Below, in pieces: positions 27,481 through 41,466 of a stretch of DNA of 64,000 nucleotides. The stretch is from contig JAQFVV010000009.1 of assembly GCA_028023455.1 (NCBI GenBank), forward strand, positions 1,860,001 to 1,924,000. Reading direction: 5' to 3'. Below the pieces are notes generated by a model, which was not told where the DNA came from, made no database searches, and saw only the letters and a list, made by a program, of their open reading frames with translations. The DNA comes from Epiperipatus broadwayi. Its lineage: Eukaryota; Animalia; Onychophora. Position numbers and translations under genes: made by a program. The first letter of the stretch is position 1. Each line of letters begins with the position of its first letter.

Positions 27481-30049
27481 ATTTAGAATAAATGCATTTT
27501 TTTGAATGAGTGCTATTCATTCAATATCTTATTAACAACTTATAAGATACATTTTAACTTTTGCTACATCGTATTTTAATTTTTTTTTAAAATCTTTTTT
27601 AAAATATGAAAATGAAGTAAAATCATAAAAGGCAACTAATTGTTTGATTACAGTAAAAGTGTTTGATTTAATACAAAAATAAACATCCTAAATGGAAATA
27701 CAAATATAATATTTCGAAACAAATAGCTATGACTATTTTGTAAATAATATTTCGAAATCTGTTTCAGGAAAAAACTTGTCATTTAATTACAGGTAACTTT
27801 TTTTTTTTACAAGTTGTTTTTCAAATTTATCATTCCAAAACCGAATTAATAATTGTCAGTAAGTAAAAAATAAATATATTTAAAAAAATAAATATCTTAT
27901 TATTTTTCGTAATTTTTACTTTTTTCTTTTGTACGCACTCTGTGAAATAAAATAAAATCAGTTTTCTTCCCAATGTCATCTATCATAAATATAAGGATCA
28001 ATAATTACTACATATATTAGTTCATTTAAATCCCCATCCCAATTGAGTTGTGACATTTATCTTTATCATCGATTGCTCTTGCATATGATAGGTAGCACAC
28101 ATTTCATTAAATGATTAATTAAACTGATTATTATGTTGCAATTTAAGCTGATAATTACAAATATGATACAAGAATGTTTAGATAAGCACAAGATTATAAT
28201 GTCTTATGTTGAAGTTGTTAATCCATTTTCTATTTTGCAAAATCAGAAATTTTGAGATCCTTGCCTTCTTCCAAAAATGCTTTGAAATTGTAATCATGAA
28301 AGCTATAAATAATATTCCTAGGAATATTATAATATTCATGGGAGCTGACATTCATAGAAACAATTCATTAGTTTAGTATATGTTACTACACATATGATCA
28401 TTGGCAGCTTTTACTACAGACATAGCACTAAAAAATATCTGAGCAGCATTCAATATTAAACAGAATTTGTTCTCTTAAGCATTTTCTTAACTCTCAGAAT
28501 AAATATGTCACACTGCATCATATGTTATATGTTAAAATGACTAACTGTTTGGAGATGATCATTTTTGTCTATTATTTTATTCATTCTTGAGTCTCATTTT
28601 ATGGTTTCTTAGAAAGAGTGCACTAATAAAACATAGGCTTTATCGTCATAAGCTTTATCTTACAAAATCAGGTTTGAGACCATTAGTAATTTCGTGAAAT
28701 AAAACTTTTTTAGGGGCAACTGTTCTGTGGCAAAGGTAATTAAAAATGGTTCAAAGAAACTCCTTTAAATTGATAAAATTAGTTGTAATGCACCAATAAC
28801 ATTCAAAAATGAAAATCAATAAGTAGATAAATTCTATTAGCTTGGCAGTCATTGAGTTTAGTGAAAATTCTCAATGATGTAGATTTAAAATAAGGCTACA
28901 TATATATATATATATATATAAGTTAAAATATTTTATTAAAGATGAGCAGCATTGCACACACACACACACACAGAATGGCAAAAAGCATTTGGGAAAATGA
29001 TCTTACTGGAATTTAATACAGCAAAGCATTCATAAATCTAAAAACTGAAGATGCCAATAGATCTCATTACTATTTCAGCAGAACATTCTTTCTTATAATC
29101 TTTATCATCAAACTATATTTAACTAATTAATTCCATATGGGATGCTAATCATACATCAGTATATAAAATAGTTGCAAAGCATCAGCAATCATCACAGAAG
29201 AATGATACAGATAAATAAAAACCTATAACAAAATGCATTCAACAGCTAATATACAAATCACAATAAATATCCCTATGACAGAAAATGAAGATTGAACGAG
29301 ATAGAAGCATCACCAAGCTCAGAAGATAATGACAAATGAAATTGATTGATTTTGCTTTTGGAAATAAATGGTATTTTTGTCTTGCAGTCAACAAGCTTAT
29401 ATTTGGTGAAAATATAGCCACAAGACTGTTGACTGTTAATTACAGTTAATATTCTGCTTTTCTATCAATAAATTCTTGTATTAGATTTTATATGTTACAA
29501 TAGCTAATAATCTTTGGATCATATGCCAACAAAACATTTAACAGTATATGGTTAAAATTTACAACCATATTATTACTTTTATTAAATACTAGTCTTGTAA
29601 TCTTTTCATAATAAGGTAATTAATATGATAGTAAAATGTGAACATTTCCCAACAATATCTACAAGAGATTCAGATGCCAACATGTATGGGATTTTATTTA
29701 ACAATATCTTAAAATATCCTCTTCATTGCCTTGCTGTCTTATGGAATTATGGTTACAATTAACAATCACACATTTGCAGGGTCATTTAAGGTTTACTAAA
29801 TCATATCATATCATGAGTCTGAAAACATTATACATCAGTGTGATGATAAAATAGAATAATTGTGTTTTGTTGTTCATCTAAATAATGTTTGCTTTTGAAA
29901 TTAAATATATATACATGCTTTTTATGTGTCTGAAGATTTAAATCTCATTTATACTAGTTCTTTTAATAAGGTAATTATTATATGGAATATTGTATATATT
30001 TTTTAAAATATATTTTTAAAGTTAAAGATATCAATTAATCTTTTTCAAA

Positions 30050-30780
30050 AATACATTCCTGACTTTGAAGAAATCTTTATTAAATAATCTTATTGGTACA
30101 ATTTATTTCATAATAAAGATATTTTACAATATCATAGGCATTGTCATTTCAAGCACCAGTGTTGGAAATCAAAAATATTTTAAGGCAATATTCATTAATA
30201 TGATTTCTAACAAAGTTCCAGACATTTTCAATAAGAGAATTATGGGATAAAATATTTGAAACAGCTTTTTGTTGAAATTTCTTTAATATTAGCAAGAATT
30301 ATAAACAATTTGCATAAAAACTTAGCAATATAATTTACACAATAAATCAAACACACTCAGAAATCTTTATTAACTGTTTTGAAGCTCTATTTCTCAAAGA
30401 TAATTCTATATCTAGTTTTATATGATTTTTTCACTTCTGATTCTTTTTTTATTTATTCCCCCCAAAATCTAGACTTTTCAGAAAATTATGTATATAATCC
30501 CCTAATATTTTTACAGTATTATAAACTAGAAGTTTTGTAATATTGTTCCTCAATATGTGCATTTTCAGTTCTGCTTAATCTAGTTAAAACAGACCTCATT
30601 AAATCTTAGAAAAATTACAGAATTAATTTGATTTACAGAGGAATTTTGAATTCTTAATATTGTTAAGAATCTTTCTGATTTATATTTATTTTATCTTTGT
30701 CATCTTTCCAGTTTTACCATAGTTACTTTTGTGCACCTGAGAACTTTTGAGAGTTTATAATTGCTGTATTAATTGGTTGA
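30050..30780 (-). mobile_element. Decayed LINE RT N-terminal fragment
   Basis: Minus-strand relics of KxxG and YRGI-like motifs; purine-rich; no open frame. Confidence 0.35.
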
Positions 30781-33700
30781 TTAGTAGCTCATTTCTATGG
30801 TACTGATTATTATTTCTGGCTATTCAAAAATATTTTTGTTGATAATATATAATGCAATGTAATATTGCATTAGAATAACTCTTTTATAAGTTTTATCTAT
30901 AGCAAGGCCAGCTCTTCCTTCATCTTCTCCGAAAAAAAGAAGAAGCTAACTTTGACTTTTTAAAGACAGATGTTTGTAGATATAAAAAAAATGCACAAAA
31001 CTTGAAACTGTTGTAAAGATTTCAGTTAGGAGTGCAGTATTGATTTTTAGATTTTTAAGAATTATACTTATATATCTACCTTAATTGTACTAATCATAGC
31101 ACCAGCCATGGTAGTAACACATTAATCCATCATAAATGAAATTATATGCTTTCCTCATCTAGAAATTGAACTAAAAACTTTTACTCAAATAGTTTATCAC
31201 AAAGCCAGCTACTTATAACATTATTATGAGCACTGAATAATTTTGGATATTGATTTCTTTTTATTGCAGATTTATCTACTTGAACATCCACTTATAAAGA
31301 TGAATAATTTTCTATTTTCAAATTTATTAGAAGAGATACCCCCCCCCTTTTTTTTTTTTAAATCATCTTTCATTTTAGAGATATACCAGGGCAACATGTA
31401 TTTGCATATTTAAAGGTGCATTTGAAAATGTAAGTTTTTTAAAATAGAATTTTATCACTTGTGTTTTTTTTAAGTTGTTTAAATTGTGCCTTTCCATAAG
31501 TTATAAAACCATGTAAAGTACACAGAGGGACTTTTTATAAGTATAATTTTTTTCATGCTTGTTCAAGCCACTTTTACACACAACTTTATAATCATATAAG
31601 ATATGAAGTGTTTTTTTTTTTACTTTTATAAATTTTTATGTTTATTTGTGAGCAGTTTAAATTCATACAGTCATTAAAATATAGACAATCATGCATATTT
31701 CATCTTCATGTCATATCTGTAATTTAAAAATTAGAAGTTTATTTTAGAAGTAAAGATTTTCAGCAATTTTAATAAATAAAAATTATATATACAATTTATA
31801 TGCATAGATAAATGTATATGGTATGATTGATTATAACTTTATTTTAAAAGTGAAGGTATTTTATAATTATAAAGTGGAAATGGTATTATCTTAGCAGATG
31901 TAATTAAAATTCTTATAAACAGATCGATTAATTAAGGAGATGAGTATTTGATATAATTTGGTCTGGTAATTCCTTTCAAAGATAAAATATTAAATGTCAT
32001 GATAAGCAATGAACCAAAACGGAATTCAGGAGTTATCTCCCAGAAGTAGATCAATGGATTGAAACAACAGATGATGAATTTGATTTTTCTGATAAGTCAA
32101 CCCCAGGAACTTCAAATAGGGGTTATAAATCATTGTAATTATTATTGATTACTGATGAAGTGTTATTGCTGAAATACTTTGATTGATTATTGCTGATATA
32201 ATTTGATTGCTGAACTATTTATTGATTACTGCTGAATCATTATTGCTGCTGATTAATTCTTGATTGTGCCTTCAATATATTTATTGTGCTTGGTGTTGAA
32301 AAATATAATGAAAGAATAGATAAGTCACAATCTGCTTCACTCTTTCCAGCTAGTGGAGTGCAGGCCAAAGATCCATAGATTAAGTACAAAAGAAGCAGTC
32401 AGCTAATATAGAAACAGTATTGTGTTCATTAATTGCCTAAACATCAGTATTTAGTGCCATGTGGAGAACCCTGCCATCAATTAATATATAAACTACTATC
32501 CATTGCTGCATGTTGAATTCAGACCATTATGATTAAAACCTATCATTGCTATAGCTGCAGTTGACTAAACAAAGTCCATAAATATCTGAAGTCCAAATTT
32601 GAACTCTTATTGATGAAAGGAGATGGGTATGAACTTAAAAATATATTCTTATAGTATTAACATTAAGCATTTATCTCCATTATCCTGAAATTATTTTATA
32701 AAATTATTGATTTTGTAAGTCTGTTTATAAACTAGCATAACAAAAGATTGCTCTGGTATTTTATTTAATTATGCCACAATTCAGTTCTGTAAATTCAAGA
32801 GAAGAGTAAATATTTATACAAAGCCTTACTATGCTTATAAACATTTAGTATTTTAAAACCAGCCATTTCCAGCCTGTAAATATAAAGCATTGTCAAAATA
32901 ATAATTTATTCATTGCTTGGTGAATTCTAGATCGGATACAAAACAGGTTCCATATGCAGAATAAATTAAGATTGTCTTTTTATTACCTTTAAATAGTTTA
33001 CAGCTTTAAGCAAACTGCCCTTCAGATTGGAGAAGGATAATTTGAGTATAGTGATATAAATGAACTGCTGTAACTTTATTTTGGGCAGTTTTGTTTATAT
33101 ATGAGATATATTTGTAGGTGTCTTATTTATTCAAAAATGATTATTATACCATTATGATTGCTGGTCACTTGCAGTCATTATTTTACTTAGAGCAGTAGTG
33201 TGCAGTAGATGAACATTCCTACTGTATATTATATGCTTTGTTTGTATATATGTCTTGGATGATACCATTTATGACTGCTGGTCCTTCTTAAGCTTAGTAC
33301 TTTTTCAATAGTATGTGATAGAACCAAATTCCTATCATATAGCATATTCCTAGAACACATGTATTTATTTATTTATTCATACATAATGTAATGCAGATGT
33401 TGCCTCTTACAGTTACACATATAACATTTAGTTACTTATCTGCATTACAGCCTGAAAGTATTTATGGTAGTCCAGTTATTTAAATAGTTAATGAATATAG
33501 AGTATCCTCAGACTGTAGATTTATTAAATTTTAAAACTGTAATATTAAATAGTTGTGATCATTGGTCTATGCAGTGAAGTTAGATTTTTTCAGAAACAAT
33601 TTGTATTGTATATAATCTGTGCATAAACTTAAATTATTCAAGCCATAAATAACTAATCGTACTATTTATAAGTTGACAGGGAAGTCAATGTATGCTATTG

Positions 33701-33818
33701 TGTATATAGTAAAATTATATATATATGTAAATAAATTGTAGTGCCTCATTATCTTTAGCATTTGTCATTATTTTGCAATCAACAATTTAATTAGAATACG
33801 ATAGTCTCGTGTGTTTAG

Positions 33819-33877
33819 CTGATCTTAGCAGGCTATAAAAATATTTATTCTGTGATATCAGAATGTGGAGATCCTAT
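33819..33877 (+). CDS. Gene X candidate exon 2
   Basis: gtgtttag acceptor, gtaaat donor; LILAGYKNIYSVISECGDP(I); phase 0-2 joins exon 1 to exon 3 in frame. A competing strong donor lies at 33904. Confidence 0.5.
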
Positions 33878-34054
33878 GTAAATTGCCCTTCGATGATATG
33901 CAGGTGAGCTGTACATTTTGACAGTTTCAATATATAATTGCTTATATTTAGATATGGCTTTGCTGTTAACTTCCTTTGATTCCTCTTGGAGACCTTAAAG
34001 GAACTGAGCAGGGACAATTCCTAATGTCCACTCCATACGTTCTTATCATTGCAG

Positions 34055-34130
34055 CTGTTATTACTATGGGATTATTCATATAGAATATGAACATGAATGG
34101 GCTGTTCACCAATATGTATTAGACAGTATA
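34055..34130 (+). CDS. Gene X candidate exon 3
   Basis: ttcttatcattgcag acceptor, gtgagt donor; CYYYGIIHIEYEHEWAVHQYVLDSI; 76 bp, phase 2-0. Confidence 0.65.
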
Positions 34131-34289
34131 GTGAGTTTATTGGATTTTTACCTCTGAGTTTATGATTTAGAAACACCATGGTGTTTCTTTTTAATTAGCT
34201 GATAGCTCTTAACTGTAATCAGTGGAGTTTTATTGAAGATAGAATGAATGTGTATGTGAATGATTTTTTAAAAGATATTTATAATCATG

Positions 34290-37125
34290 ATAGACAAAAA
34301 TAAATTTTGGCCTTTAATCCCAGGAGGCTGTAAAGTCACCAGCCAAAGGAGCAGTTGACAGTCATAGGGCCAAGGATCCCAAGAATCTCCTGGTTGTGAA
34401 TACAGGCTGCCATTTGATAACAGTTTATTTAGGTATTTACATCTGCAGATTATGCAAAAATTGGAAGAACTATCTCATATTAAATGGGTATTTATTGTAC
34501 TTTATGAAATTAGAAGAAAAGATGAGATAATTGATTTAAAAAGTGGATATGTACTGTACTACAAAGACACAAACATTGAAAGTACAAGTGGAGTAGGATC
34601 CATTATAAATCAAAAGTGGAAGAACAATATTGTGGAGATTGATAGTATATCAGACAATGTGGCAAGATTAATTATTCAACTTAATAGCAGATATCAGCAT
34701 CAGATAATTCAGATTTATGCCCCAACAAGTTATGACAAAGTAGAGGATTTTTATATGCATGTACAAAAGATTTTTGATCAGACAAAAAAACATTTTAAAA
34801 TTGTCATGGGAGACCTTAATGCTAGAATTGGTAAACAATTGAAAGATGAAAATACTGTTGGTAAATTTGGGTTATGGTGATAGAAATGAAACAGGTCATA
34901 GACTTGTGAAGTTTGCAGGGAAAAAAAACAACTTTATATTATGAATTCTTTTTTTGCAAATAATACTAAGTGGAAATGTACATGAAAACATCCAAATGGA
35001 GGTACATCAGAATTGGATTATATTTTGACTAACAGAAAATATGTATTTTAAGATTGTAATATTCTTAATAAATTCAATACAGGAAATGATCATTGATTAT
35101 TAAAATGTAAGATACTTGTTAATGCAAATTTTAGAGAGACAAAAATTATTAAGAAAAACAATATTCACAGTTGACGTTCCTAATCTTCAGAAACATTCCA
35201 ATGAATTTAAATTAGAACTTTAAAATCATTTTCAAATATTAACAGATTTTGAACATGATTCAAATAAAAATAAAATCAATAGGAAGATAACTGATACACT
35301 TTTGAAAACTGCAACAAAAATAGTTGGTACAAAAAAGCAGCTATTGACCAATAAAATTTCTACTGAGACAAGACGATTTATGAAGAAGAAAAGAAATATG
35401 AAAGAGTTGATAATGATACAAGAAAGTATAATTGTGAATTGGCAAGGAAAGCTGTAGAAGAGAATAAAAGTCTCAAGAGTGTAAAACAACATTTTGGTAT
35501 TGGTAGGAAACATTTCTGCAATAACAAAAAAAGATGGAACTATTATTAAAAAGAGAGATATTATGAAATGTGTGGAAGAGTTCTGTCAAGAATTATAAAG
35601 CAATAAAGAACAAGGAAAAGTACTTTCTACAACTACTATATCTTCTGAATTGCCCAGGATTTTAAATGAAGTGAGACATGCGATTAAATTTATAAAGTAG
35701 AGAAAAGCTTCAGGTAATGATGGAGTTATAATCAATATCTTAAAAGAAGCAAGTGAAAAAATAGAAATTTTTTTGGCAAAGTTATATACCAAATATCTAA
35801 ATGGTAAAGATATACCAGATGATTAAAAGAATGCAATATTAATATTAATATTTAAAAAGGTGATAAAGAAGATATTAGAAATTATAGACCTATCATCATT
35901 TATCGAGTTCAAAATTTTTACAAAAATAATTACAACTCATCTACAGTAAACTTTGGATTTTAACCAAACAAAAGAACAAGCTGGATTTAAAAGTGGTTTT
36001 AGTACAGTGGATCATATCCAAGTATTGAGGAAAGTTATAGAAAGGACCAATGAATATGAGTTGCATTGCTATTATGCTTTGGATTTGTAGATTATGAAAA
36101 GGCATTTGATTCTATAAGCATTTCTTCAGTGATTAAAGTATTGGATCATCAAGGTATAGACCCAGGATATTGTCATATTCTGAAGAATATTTATAAAAAT
36201 GCAACAGCAACAATTAGATTACATAATGATACTAAAAAGATTAACATTGAGAAAGATGTATGACAGGATGACTCCATATCTCCAAAACTTTTTACAGCAG
36301 TTTTGCAAGAAGTATTTTGTGGATTAAAATGGGAAGCTAAGGGAATAAAAATAAATGGAGATTATTTAAGTCATTTAGATTTTGCAGATGATGTAGTTGT
36401 TTTTGCAAATAATGCTTTAGAGCTTCAGGAAATGTTGCAAGAGTTATCAGATGAAAGTAAAGAAAATAGGATTAAAGGTAAATGTTAAAAAGACTAAAGT
36501 AATGTTCAATGGATTTTCTCAAAAGATGAAAATAAAGATTGATAATGATGAGTTAGAAGAAGTTAACAACTACAAATACATTGGTCAGATTATTACTACA
36601 GATGGAAACATAATGGATGAAATTAATCATAGAATTAAACTTGGTTGGAGTGCTTTTGGTAGAAATAACTTGATACTAAAAGGAAATATGCCTATGTGTT
36701 TGAAAAAAAAGGTTTTTAATGAATGTATGTTACCAATTCTTACTTACAGATCTGAGATTTGAGGCATTTAACAAAAGAGCAATACAGGAACTTCAAATCA
36801 CTCAACAAAGTATGGAAAGATGTATATTAGGAGTAACAAGAAGAGATTGAAAATGAAATACATGTGTGAGAACAAACAGGTGTTACTGACATCATTGAAA
36901 GAATTAAGAGACTGAAGTGGAATTGAGCTGGACATATTGTTAGAAGAGATGATAATAGATGGACTTGAAATCTTAAACTGGATTCCAAAAAATTGTTAAA
37001 GACCTAGAAAGAGATCTCATGTGAAATGTATGGATGAAATAAGGAATGGAGAATAGAAGCTAGAGATCGGGAAAGATGGATTGAACTTGGAGAACTCTTC
37101 ATCTTACAGTGGTTTGATAATGGTT
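34290..37125 (+). mobile_element. Near-full-length decayed RTE-clade LINE (APE + RT)
   Basis: APE: QIYAPT, VMGDLNARIG, ELDYILT; RT: YRPI, FVDYEKAFDSI, SISPKLF, HLDFADD, YKYIGQ; C-terminal LKWNxAGHIVRR; multiple frameshifts and stops; lies in gene X intron 3. Confidence 0.92.
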
Positions 37126-38099
37126 GAAAATGGTGGTATTTATATACACAAATTGTATTTAAAAAATTCAGCCAAATAAAAAAAAAACATTTCCGATTAA
37201 TTCCGCACAATAATTCTTCATCCGACCAACATTGTTATACAGTATTTTAATTATGAAGTGTTTTTAATTTGACAAATATAAAACTAATTTGAGCTTTTGA
37301 AATATATATATTTTTACAATTAAATATTTATAATGTTTTTGGTCGAGTAATTATAATTCGTTCGAATCTTCCTACCTTTGTTGTAAATGTAATTTTATAT
37401 TTAGATAGAACTGACAACTTGAATTTGATAGAAATGAATTTAAAAATATTATGAAATTTTATATTTGGATTAAAATTATAAATTAAAAAACAGAATAAAA
37501 ATAAAATAATTTTTTGCTTATGAATTACTACAACTTTATGTTAATTTTTGTTCATATTTTAAAATTAATATTAATTCGCACCTTAAATCCTAAATTACTT
37601 ATTGTTTTAAATAAGAACATTTTATTTAATTAATGAAACTATTCATCACATAATTATGGTACAATTAAAAATTAATTTTTGTTTGAAAAAGATGTAATTA
37701 AAGTTTATTTAATACATTCTATATTTGTGCCATTATTACGTATTTGAAAATATGTTTTTAAAAACATTTTATTGACAGTCATATTCGTCATTATTATTTT
37801 GAATAAAAATCATCCCGATTTTCTTAATATTATTACCATTTACTGTGAAGGTGCCAAACTTACTGGGCACTCAATTGTAACTCCCCTCCCCAAATAAATA
37901 TCTTAATTATTATTACTAATCATTTTGAGGCTAGCAATTATATCTTTTCTAGTTCAGATATACTCTTTAAACTGTAATTAAAATGTATATATCAAATATT
38001 ATTAAACACAATCGCATGGGAATATTTAATTTAGCTGAATTCCCCTTCTTTCCCTGTATAATAATGTATGTATAACTTTAATTTTAATACATAAACTCG

Positions 38100-38470
38100 A
38101 ATCATACTTTTTCTTCACATTGCTCCAGAAAACTTTGTTATCTCAACTAAGCAATTCACTATATAGTCTCTTTCAAAATGTTTTAAAATATATTGAGATT
38201 GATTCTAGAACTTCAATTACTATTACTGTCTCTTTTAACAACTTATTTGGATCATCTCCATGTCAGCTTTTTAATTTTTTTTTAATAATGACAGTGATGT
38301 CTGTTTTTTTTTAATTAATGCATTTCATTCCTTCTTGTTAATCATAATACACATTTCTTTATTTTTTGTGATCTGTAATCACTGAATTGCCTTCATTAAA
38401 CATTCAAGCTTCATATCCAAAAATAACCTTTACAGAATACATCTATTAATGAACTTTACTTTTCATGAAA
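38100..38470 (-). mobile_element. Decayed RTE-type 3' fragment
   Basis: Minus strand ttatttttggatatgaagcttga (LxGxEAW-like) and aagctgacatggagat (LxWxG-like). Confidence 0.35.
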
Positions 38471-39173
38471 ATAATGATATTTTATTACTTATACTGATAA
38501 TACATTGATCGCTTTGATTCTGGGAATAATTTTCATGCATTCTCTTTTTAGAATTTAAGAATGCAAATAGTTTTAAAATATTAATAAACTTATGATGACA
38601 TCTCACATTTAACTAATATCAATAAAAAGATGGTAAGCTGTACATAGAACAGAATAAAAAAATTCTGTAGTTCACTGGTGAATTTTTAATTAAAACAAGG
38701 GGGAGTGGGGGTGAATATGAAAATATTTAAAAATGACTCATGTCATGTGGAATTCTGTGAAGGGATATGAAATAAAATTAAATATAATTATCAATAACAA
38801 AAAATACTATCAAAGTTAGTAAAAGTCTCAAAAATGTAAAACATTTTGGTATTGGAAGAAAAGTTATTTTAGCTGAAAATAGTTTTTTTGCAATTGAAAC
38901 TAATAAAAAATTACTTTCCACCAGGCCAAGATAAATTTACATCTCATATTATTATTTTTATTACAAAGTAAAATAGTGAAAATGTCTATTTTTGATATAA
39001 TAAAAGATATTGCAATGAAAGATGAGAAAAATATGTAATATTTATAATATACTTGGTGTTTTTTATAAATTGTATATACATATGTATTTACATTTTTTAT
39101 TTATAATAATTTATTATTATAAAGTTTATAATTACATATAATTGCAATTTTTTTTGGTCCATTACAATTTTAG

Positions 39174-39243
39174 AACCTGACTGCACAAAAATTTGTTGGT
39201 GCCAGTTGTAGTACCAAAAATAATATTAATAATTTTATTATAG
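39174..39243 (+). CDS. Gene X candidate exon 4
   Basis: caattttag acceptor, ATAG|gtaaat donor; NLTAQKFVGASCSTKNNINNFII; phase 0-1, compatible with both neighbours. Confidence 0.5.
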
Positions 39244-41130
39244 GTAAATAAAAAAACAGATTCATATATAGATAATTCTAATTAACTTTTAGTTTTTTAA
39301 AAATAGTAATAGTGGTGGTAAGTCTCTATATCGTTATAAGAAATGATAACTTATACATCTCTTGCACTTTTAAAAAAACCATTGCCTCCTTACCACTGTG
39401 CAATGAGGAGGGCAATCAAAGCAAATTTATGTTAAATATCAAAACCTTTTCTGTTTTAATATTTCTATTTCCACATAGTAATTAACATTTTGCAAATTTG
39501 ATATCTATTTTCAATACTGTTAAGCAAATTTATCAGTAATATACTTAATATTCAACACTCAGCACATATAAATAAATAGCAAAATAGTTTGGTGTTCAGA
39601 AGTTTATATAAAATTTTAATACAGCAACTGATAAAGTTGAATCATAACCCATGAACCTTATTCTCTTAAGTCCACCCTTCTACCATTGCACAAAAACATG
39701 AACATTACAACATATATAAACAATAACAATAACTTATTATAAATAATTCCACTATCACTGTTACTGACCAAATATTATATTTTCAAATCATAATATTCTA
39801 TTTACTAATTATTTCAACCTGACTTTGGACAACTTATCACTTAAGTAAACTTTTATATATATATATAAAGCTTACATAATATTATATTAATAATTTTTAT
39901 TAGATTAGAGATTATTCATGAATAGTATTTCTGTAGTATAATTTTCAATACACCACTCTCATGCAAGATATGGACTAGTTTCTATCTGCCTTTAACACTT
40001 TGTGGGGAGATTTTATCATAAACATATGACCAAAAACATGTGAAAAAGATAGATTATTCCCAAGATGCACATTTTATACTGAACCAGCACTCATCCAATG
40101 GCCCAGTCCACAATCTCTTACCCATATTTTTATCATTGCTCAGTATATGTATATATAGATAGCAAATAGTTTAAGTGATAAGTGTCAAATGTGTTGCCCT
40201 CTGGACTTTAACACAAATCTCTTAATGAAAGTAGATTAATAATTTTTATCAGTCAGTCATTAGACTAGAGATTGTCCAATAATGAATAATATTTCTGTAG
40301 TTTAATTTTCACATCCCTCCACAAGGTGTTAAAAGCGGATAGAAACCAGTATCTACCTCATATGAAACTGGTGTAGCGAAAATTACACTACAGAAATAAT
40401 ATATATATATAACAAAAATATAATTAATGTTATATTTATAGGTAAGGAGAAATAATATTAATAAATTATAAATTTGTTTTGATACATAAAAATAGAAAAG
40501 TATGTTGTTTAAATGAATATTGATTATGTTTGTCTGCATTATTGTAATTGAAAGAAAATTGTATTAATGACATAATTGTTTAGATAATGTTAAAAGGTTT
40601 TATTTTTAATTTAAAAAAAAAGTTTATTATTGTATTAAAAAAAAAAAGAGGAGAGGGGGGTGGAGAGAAAATGATGTAATTGTCCAATGCTTATTATCAT
40701 TATGACCATCTAAAATTTAACTTAATTTTTAAAATAAATAATTATTAGATATTTTAACAAAAGTTATTTATTTTAGGATTTAATGTCATAAAGCGAATAA
40801 AGAGCAGGATTTTTAATTGTCAATATGCTTATTTGTCTCACAAAGTTTTTTTTAAGGCAATAGTAATATACTATCTTGAAGGATTTAATATGAATTATAT
40901 TATTAAATAAATAGCACTACCATTTAATATCATTAGATTTCTTGAGCATCCAATAAATGGTTCTTAGTGTAGAATGAATTATAGTCATAGCAGGCTATGA
41001 TTATGAGAAATACACTTTCTCGAAAGTGCTTAGCCATTTTAATTTGTTGACTACAATTAATTTGTTAATTTATACAGTTCTACGTTATATGTGTGTTAGC
41101 ACAACTTCATTATTATTTCTTTTAATGCAG

Positions 41131-41204
41131 ATGTTGAAAGTCAGCAGAGAAATCGTAATGTGCAACAAATTTTAGTCATACCCATGAAGAATTTATGTAT
41201 CTGA
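41131..41204 (+). CDS. Gene X candidate terminal exon 5
   Basis: tttcttttaatgcag acceptor; phase 1 gives (D)VESQQRNRNVQQILVIPMKNLCI*; AATAAA at 41236 and 41240. The five exons total 630 nt = 209 aa + stop. Confidence 0.5.
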
Positions 41205-41466
41205 GGGGAGGGGGATAGCTATAATTAAAAATTTAAATAAATAAAAATAATGATAGAGTAGTCATTAGACATTATTTATTATTTTCCAATAGCATATATA
41301 CTATATATTTGATTGCAAATGTTACTAGTTGTTATAAATATATTAATCGTATCAAGAAGAAGCAGTATCACACATAACTCTCTTGCTTTGCTTATATTTT
41401 TCCAAGAACAGTCTTCTTCATCTTATTCTAGAGTCATTTACAGTAAGCTTGAATATAACTCTATGA

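Noticed and set aside
39638-39692. tRNA-like head on the minus strand (gtgcaatggtagaa...ggttatgattc)
   Set aside because: Too decayed to fold as a tRNA; at most an old SINE head, not supportable as an RNA gene.
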